From positions 310,001 through 374,000 of the forward strand of contig MCFH01000028.1 of NCBI GenBank assembly GCA_002104945.1: a stretch of 64,000 bases of DNA. The letters are read 5' to 3'. The notes below the pieces were generated by a model. That model saw only the letters and a list, made by a program, of their open reading frames with translations. It was not told the origin of the DNA and made no database searches. A program made the position numbers and the translations under genes. The DNA comes from Piromyces finnis finn (lineage: Eukaryota; Fungi; Neocallimastigomycota). Positions 57,023-64,000 of this stretch are shown piece by piece (positions within the stretch are counted from its first letter, which is position 1; the number at the start of each line of letters is the position of its first letter).

Positions 57023-57469
57023 TATATAATGGTAAATCTCTATTATTTGTATATTATTTTATTTAATGATTATTATATAATTATATAATAAAATATTTTT
57101 TTCGTTTTTATTTTTTTTTTCCTTATAATTTTTTATTTTTTCTTTATTTAATATGTTATATAATGAAATATATGTATGTTATTAAAATTATTGGCAAATT
57201 TTGTTAAAAATTTTGTTAAAATTATATAAAAAATAATCTTTTCTGAAATGTATCTTTTTATTCAAATGCAAATTTCATTATTTAATTTAATATTTTTTTT
57301 TTCTATGAATCTTTTCTAAATTTTAGAAAATTGATTCTTTTTTTTTTTTAATTTTTATTTATTTAATTCTTTCTTTTTCTTTTTAATTTATTTTATTTAA
57401 AAAGTTACTATGTTTCTTTTAATCTCTTTTTTTTTTTAATTGCTTATTTATTTATTAAATTGTTTATTC

Positions 57470-57486
57470 ATTAATTAATTTACTTT

Positions 57487-57549
<63 letters not shown>

Positions 57550-57770
57550 TTAACTATAGAGATTATTCATTCAAATAGAAATAATAATTTTAGATATATA
57601 TTATTGAGTAAAATTATAGATTTCTAAGAAACATAATAGAAAAATAGAATAAATCAGTAATGATAAATTACAAATCATTACAAATCCCAATTATTTATTT
57701 ATTCATTCATTAATTAATTTACTTTTTATTTATTTATTTATTTATTAATTAATTTACTTTTTATTTATTT
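57470..57770. repeat. (TTTA)n microsatellite with three local copies of attaattaatttactttttatttattt
   Basis: Copies start at about 57470, 57709 and 57744, with a long TTTA run after the first. Confidence 0.75.
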
Positions 57771-58060
57771 ATTATAATGAAAAATTTTCTGTCATATTTA
57801 ACTAGAACACTAGAAAGAGAATTTCAATTAATTGATTCATAAGTTTATCATAAATAAAAGCTAAAGAAATGAAAAACATTTTAATATTTATCTTTTTAAA
57901 TGCTTTTTTTTATCTTTTATTTTATTTTATTTGATTTATTTGTTTTTCAAAAATATATATATTTATTATTTTGGTTTAGTTTATATTTATTAATTTTTTT
58001 CACTATTATTTTACTTTTAATGGCGATAAACCATTCATTTAAATTTTAGTATAATTATAT

Positions 58061-59695
58061 TTATAATGAATTCATACATTCGGCTAATTTATTGAAAACT
58101 AACTTAGATTCTTCACTATCTTTCTTATAGTGTTTATCAACTAATTTTTGAAGGTCAGCTAAGAAATGCGTTTTACGTTCAGCCTTCATTTCTTCTGGAG
58201 ACTTGGATGAAACTTGTTTTTCCTTTGGTTCTTCATCTGGAAGAGGTACTGGAGTGGCAAGTTTTAATAAATGAACGGTGGATTTTTCCTTAATTGGGTA
58301 ATCAGCAATACTCTTATCATTTGAAAGAGCCTTACCAGATATGACTAAACGTTGATATTCAGGTGGAATATCAAACTTTGGTGCAATTTCTTTCTTTAAT
58401 TGAACAATAGAAGCATGGAATGGAAGGGTTACTGAATGAGTAACACCACCTTTAAGAGCTTTAATGGTGAAAGTAACTGAATCAGTGGAATTAACTTGAA
58501 TAATTATTAAAATAAAAGTTAAAGTTAAAATTATAATATTAAGTTAATTATTAAATAGAATTAAGTTATTTAAGAAATTTTATTATACATCTTAACATTC
58601 TATAATTAATATTATATTCATATTTAAATTATAATATAAAGCATTATTTTTTAATATTATTACAAAGTATCAATATTTAATGCTATAATGATTGATATAT
58701 ACTATAACTTCTTAATGATTTGTTAACTAATTTTTAAATATAATGCTTATCAATAACCATCTTAAAAATAAAGTTAATAAAACTAAATTATATTTAAAAT
58801 AAATTTAATGTAGTGATTTGTGTAAGTAAATAAATCAAGAGAGCATTAAAGGTATTACTAATATTTTTGATGTATTATTAAAATTATGAAATTTTGAAAA
58901 TATAACTAATTATTATTAAAATAATTATACTGAATAATCATATATTATAATTGAGAATCATTTGTCTTTTATACTGGTATAATGTTATTATTACACTTTT
59001 ATAAATAGTTTTTTATTTCCATATAAACCAAATTGAAATGAAATATTTATAATTTTCAGAAAAAAAAGATATTGATTAACTATATCAAATAACTTTCATC
59101 ATTTTGAAATTTTTTTATATCAAATTTAATTATTTAAATATGCATTCTTACTTGTTTTTTCTTGTTCTTGAGTTTCTGACTATATTCATTCCATTGAAAA
59201 TTTTGATAAATAAATTATATTAATATTTTTTAAAATTTTAAAATATTAGCAATTAACAATATTAAATTTTCAAACATTTTTATTATTAATATATATAAAC
59301 AATAAAAATAATAGATAAAAAAAAAAGATATATAAATAATAAAATTAAAAATTAAAATTAGTAAACATATATATATTTTTTGCTTTGTTATAGTGAATAA
59401 AAAAAAATAAAAATTCATAAAATCTTTATTATTTATTCATTCTTTCAATTAAATTTAGTGAAAAATATAATCTATTATTTTGAGATGTAAAATTCATTAT
59501 GTTTATTTTTTTTTTTTTTTTTTTTGAATTTACCTTATATTCTTTTAATTCCCATGGTTGAGATTGTTTTGGTAATGCTGGAACTTTAGTTTCTGGGAAA
59601 ACATAGTCATATGGATATTTCATTGGAAGAGTAGCGATATTATCAATAATATCAGCTAAAAATTGAACTTCATTAAATAATAATGTGGTGGACAT
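58061..59695 (-). CDS. GET5: Get5/Mdy2 (UBL4A) ubiquitin-like subunit of the tail-anchored-protein targeting complex, 3 exons
   Basis: Exon 1 (59695-59534) reads FNEVQFLADIIDNIATLPMKYPYDY, like the Get4-binding N-domain of fungal Get5. A 28-nt middle exon follows. Exon 3 has a UBL domain (FTIKALKG...SIVQLKKEI...IPPEYQRLVISGKALSNDKSIADY) and a C-terminal helical segment. Confidence 0.8.
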
Positions 59696-60253
59696 CTTTT
59701 ACTATATATTAGTATTGGTATATGATGAATAATAAAATTATAAATTAAAAACTTTTTTTTTCTTTTTCTATAAAATGATTGAAAAAAAAAACAATAATAA
59801 TAATAAAATAAAATTAAATGATTATTTTTAAATTTATAAATTTAAAATGTATAATTTCACAAAATAGAAAAATATAATTTTTATATGTAAAATAAAATAC
59901 TTTACTACGGAAGGTTAGGTTATAATATGATAAATTTAATGATTTTTTAAAATACTAATTAAATAGTTTATTGAATATCAAAAGATGATGATGTTATTTT
60001 CTATATATAAAAAAAAAACATAAACCTTGAAAATAAAAAAGTAAAAATAGTAAATTGAATTTTACGTTTATATTTGACACTTTTCATTTATACTATATTT
60101 ATTATTAATATTAATATTTCTCTTATTATTATAAACACCTTTTTTTTTTTCTTCTATTTAAAAATGTTTAGGTTAATTGAGATTTCCTTTTTTTTCTCTT
60201 AAATTCTATTTGTCCATACTATTTATGATCAAAAAATGATTTTATATTAAAGT

Positions 60254-60285
<32 letters not shown>

Positions 60286-60645
60286 TTATACTAATTTTTG
60301 TACATTAAATTTAATTAATAATTTTTTTTTTTAATTATCACCATATAAATTAGAGAAAATAGGTAATAAAATAAAAAAAAGTAGTTTATTTTTCTTTATA
60401 AATATTATTAAAAAAAAAAAAAAAATATTTAAAATAAAATTAAAAACATAACAAGTAGATATATAATATTTTTTTTTCTATACCTTTTTGAACAATAAAG
60501 AAAAAGTAGTAAAGATTAAAAAATATTTATATAACTATAACGAAAGAAAATAAAGAAAAATAATAAAATAGAACAAAAAAAAAAAAAAAAAATTAGAGAA
60601 ATAATAAATATAGAAATTTAAAAAATCTTTAATAATATATTAAAA

Positions 60646-62948
60646 ATGAATTCAAAAAAATTCTTTTTAATTTGCTTACTTGCATTGTTATTCATAACCA
60701 ATGTATTTGCTGAAGGTTAGAAATATTTAAAAAGATTAATTAATAAAATATTAATGAATGGCTAGAAATAAATCTTTACATATACATATCAATGTTTATT
60801 ATGAAAAAACTATATATTGTGTTTATTAATATTTATATCTTTAATATTCATTTATTTATTTATAAAGATATTGATGAAGATGAAGAATATGTTCCACATG
60901 AAAAAGTAAAAGAAGAAATTGAAAAAATAAAAGAAGAAAGTATTAATGAACCATTAATTCCAAAAGATGAAGAACCAGCACCAATCAATTACAATTCAGC
61001 TTTAAGTTTCTTAAAAGTTATCAAGTTAAAGGATCCAAAAATTGAAATTTGTTTATTCAGTGCACTTATTGTTTACCTTGTTGTCTTTTACATTGGTAAG
61101 GTTAAAAATGAAAAAATCGCTAAGGAATGGTTAATTACTACTTACAAAATTTGGAAAGAAAACTTTGCTGAACTTGGTATTGACGATGCTAGTACTTTAG
61201 TTCGTGATGGTAACCATGAATTTTGGTATTATGCTACTGGTAGAAAACATTGTCAATCTGTATTTACTCGTGTTAAGGTAAATTTTCTATTATTTTTTCA
61301 TAAAAACATACCTTACCCCAATTGATTGTAAAATTTATATTCATAATAAATAAAAAATGGTATTAATGATAAATAAATGAATTCTTGAATAATGAATAAT
61401 AATGAATAAATATAAATTGTATATAATAATAGCTCTGTCCTCGCCAAGATATCATTGCAACTCTTCTTAACATTCACAAACCAACCTATGATAAAATTGT
61501 AAATATTATGATAAATAAAAAAGTATAAATTTGTTTAAAAATGGTGAGTGTTCATGTACTAATCAAAAACAATTTAAAAATAGGTAATGGAAGCTGTTTT
61601 AAATAAGAATGAAAGTGATGACTTCATCTTTGCTTTAATGGACAGAAAGAAGGAAGCTGAAATTAAGAAGAAGAGATACGATTTGGTAATTAATTATAAA
61701 ATTTATAAATATTTCTTTTTTTTTGCTATATTAATTTTAAAGAATAAAAGCAGTGTTGTGTTATATTTAATAATATCATCATTAAAAATAATAATAATAA
61801 TAATAATAATAATAGCAATAATAATATCTATTCAATATTTTTTAATAATCTATTTATATATTTGTTATTCAATAGAAAAACTTCCCAAGAAGATTCAAGG
61901 GTAATAACGCACCAGATCAATATTATTACACTGTTTTAACTGATGCTTTTGATTTTGCTACTAGATTCTTTGATGCTACATTTGTCAAGCATGCTATTCA
62001 ATTAAGTTTAGGTAAATTAGATAACCCAGTTTGTAAGAGAAACAATCCATGGATTGAATCAATTATTATCACTGACCAACCAACCTCTGAACCAGAGTAA
62101 TTATTCTTTATTAAAATTTAATAATTTATAAAATTCATCATTAATAGGGAAAAAAATGACTTTAATAAATGTTTTGCTTTTTTGATTTTGAACCATTTTA
62201 AAATTTTTATTTACCATCTATTATCATTATTATTATTATTATTATTATTAATTTTATAAATAAATTTTTATATCCACACTATAATCTATAGTATTGATAA
62301 GATTTTATCTGAAGAACCACCATTACCACCAAAAAAGACACTTACCGTTACTGTCAGAATTCCATCCAATCTTGACAAGAAGGACGCTGATGTTGAAGCT
62401 GTTGTTGTTGAATTAACCGAATTAGTTATTCGTATTATTGATTTCATTGGTGAAAATGGAAGAGTCGATAATGATGTAAGTTTTTTTTTTTTTTTTTTTT
62501 AGAAAATTAATAACAAAAATCAAATTTATAACCTATTTATTTATTTAGACAAGAAACAAGTTAAAGAAGGCAAGAGATAATGCCAAGGCTGCTATTACAC
62601 ACAAGATTGAAGAAAAGAATAAAGAAGTATGATATTTATTTTTGAATTTATAATTATTATATAATTTTGTGTGGAAATTGAAAAAGAAAAAAAAAAGAAC
62701 TATTGAAATTTTTTTTAAATAACTTATGACTATTTACTAATTCCTATTAATATTATTATTCTTTATTCTTTCCGATTAAAAAAAAAAAGGAATTAAATAA
62801 AAAGAAGATTGAACAAAAGCGTGCTCGTGCTGCTGAAATAACAAAGATGAGTGCCGATAAGCAAAGAAAATATGAAGAAAAGCTTCGTAAGCAAGAACTT
62901 AAAAAATCACTTAAGAAGAAGGCTAAGAAGGCTAAGATGATTATTTAA
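60646..62948 (+). CDS. CCDC47: CCDC47/DUF1682 ER membrane protein (PAT-complex subunit), multi-exon
   Basis: A signal peptide (MNSKKFFLICLLALLFITNVFAE), an acidic stretch and one TM helix are followed by GKVKNEKIAKEW..ENFAELG..DGNHEFWYYATGRKHC and LCPRQDII. The C-terminal tail is K/E coiled coil, ending ...QRKYEEKLRKQELKKSLKKKAKKAKMII*. Confidence 0.88.
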
Positions 62949-64000
62949 GGTGTAAATGAGATATCAAAAAAAAAAAAAATAAATATTTATTTTCAAAATA
63001 AATTTAAATAGCAAAAAAAAAAAAAAAAAAAAAAGGAGGAAAAACTCTTTAAAAAAAAAAGCAATGATATTTTAGAAAATAAGAAAAAAGAAAAAATAAG
63101 ATTTGATGTCAAAATCCCTTTTTCATCTTTTTTACGCATCAATAATTATTTTACTATTATATATATAATTTAAAAAATAAATAAAATAAAAAATAAATGA
63201 AAAAATAATAATATACATATATGCAAAAAAAAAAAAAAAACACCGATTTTTTTTTTTTTTTTTTAATAATTTTTATTAAAGTATTCATGATAAAAAAAAA
63301 TGTATGGAAAATTTTTAATTTAAATTTTTAAAGTAAAAAAAAATCACACATTCATAAAAAAAAAAAAAAAGTACTTTTTAAAGTTACCACAAATAAAGAA
63401 TACAAATTTTGGGTTATATATATATATGTTATATACATGTATATCACATTCTTTTTAGGTAGCGGTAATAAATTTTAGTGAATAAGTGGTTCCTAAAAGT
63501 GTTGTAAAAATATTTCTATTTAATAAAGTTTTTTTTTTTTTATTAAAGTTAAATAGACTACAATGTATAAGACAAAAAATAGATAAATTGTATAGTATAT
63601 AAAATTTTTTTAAAGTAGTCACATTAATCCTATGGATATAAACTTTAAATTATAATTCTAGCCAAAGAAGGTATATTTAATACATTGGAAGACAATACCA
63701 AATTTGTATTAATAAATCTTATCAAAGAATTAAAAAAAAAAAAAAAAAAAAAAATCCTAAATTTAATGAATAATCCAACAAACCCTAAAGCCTAAAATTT
63801 TTTAAAAGTACTTGGTATATTATTCTTTTTAAATTAAATATATTCATTAAATGAATAAAAAAAAATATTTTACTTTTTAAAAAAAGCCTATTTTTTTTAT
63901 TCTCCTCTTAAAAATAATAATGTATTTTTTTAAAAAAGTAAAATATTTTTTTTTTAAAAAAAAAAAAAAGTTTTATTAAATTACCTTAGGTATTCATGAA

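Overview
Extremely AT-rich, intron-rich eukaryotic genomic DNA with long poly-A/T runs and short GT-AG introns. The composition plus a eukaryotic pyruvate formate-lyase with an N-terminal presequence points to an anaerobic gut fungus (Neocallimastigomycota); this taxon call is an inference. Splicing exons by hand gives 16 protein-coding genes: a Pho80/Pcl-type cyclin, PAF1, PFL, a divergent nucleoside hydrolase, a low-complexity protein with two capping-protein-interaction-like motifs, BZZ1, CHK1, SSF1/PPAN, a RasGEF, APH-1 (gamma-secretase subunit), an orphan protein with a 14-aa Thr-Pro repeat array, GPI1/PIG-Q, a 67-aa three-exon membrane microprotein absent from the ORF track, GET5 and CCDC47 (the cyclin is intronless). 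There is also one Ty3/gypsy pol relic and several microsatellites. I found no tRNA, rRNA or CRISPR array. Most short ORFs in the supplied track are antisense shadows or AT-rich noise. The most interesting leads are the phosphodegron-like repeat array, an intact APH-1 in a fungus, the hidden microprotein and the CPI-like protein lying head-to-head with BZZ1. All family calls come from recognising motifs by eye; no database searches were run.
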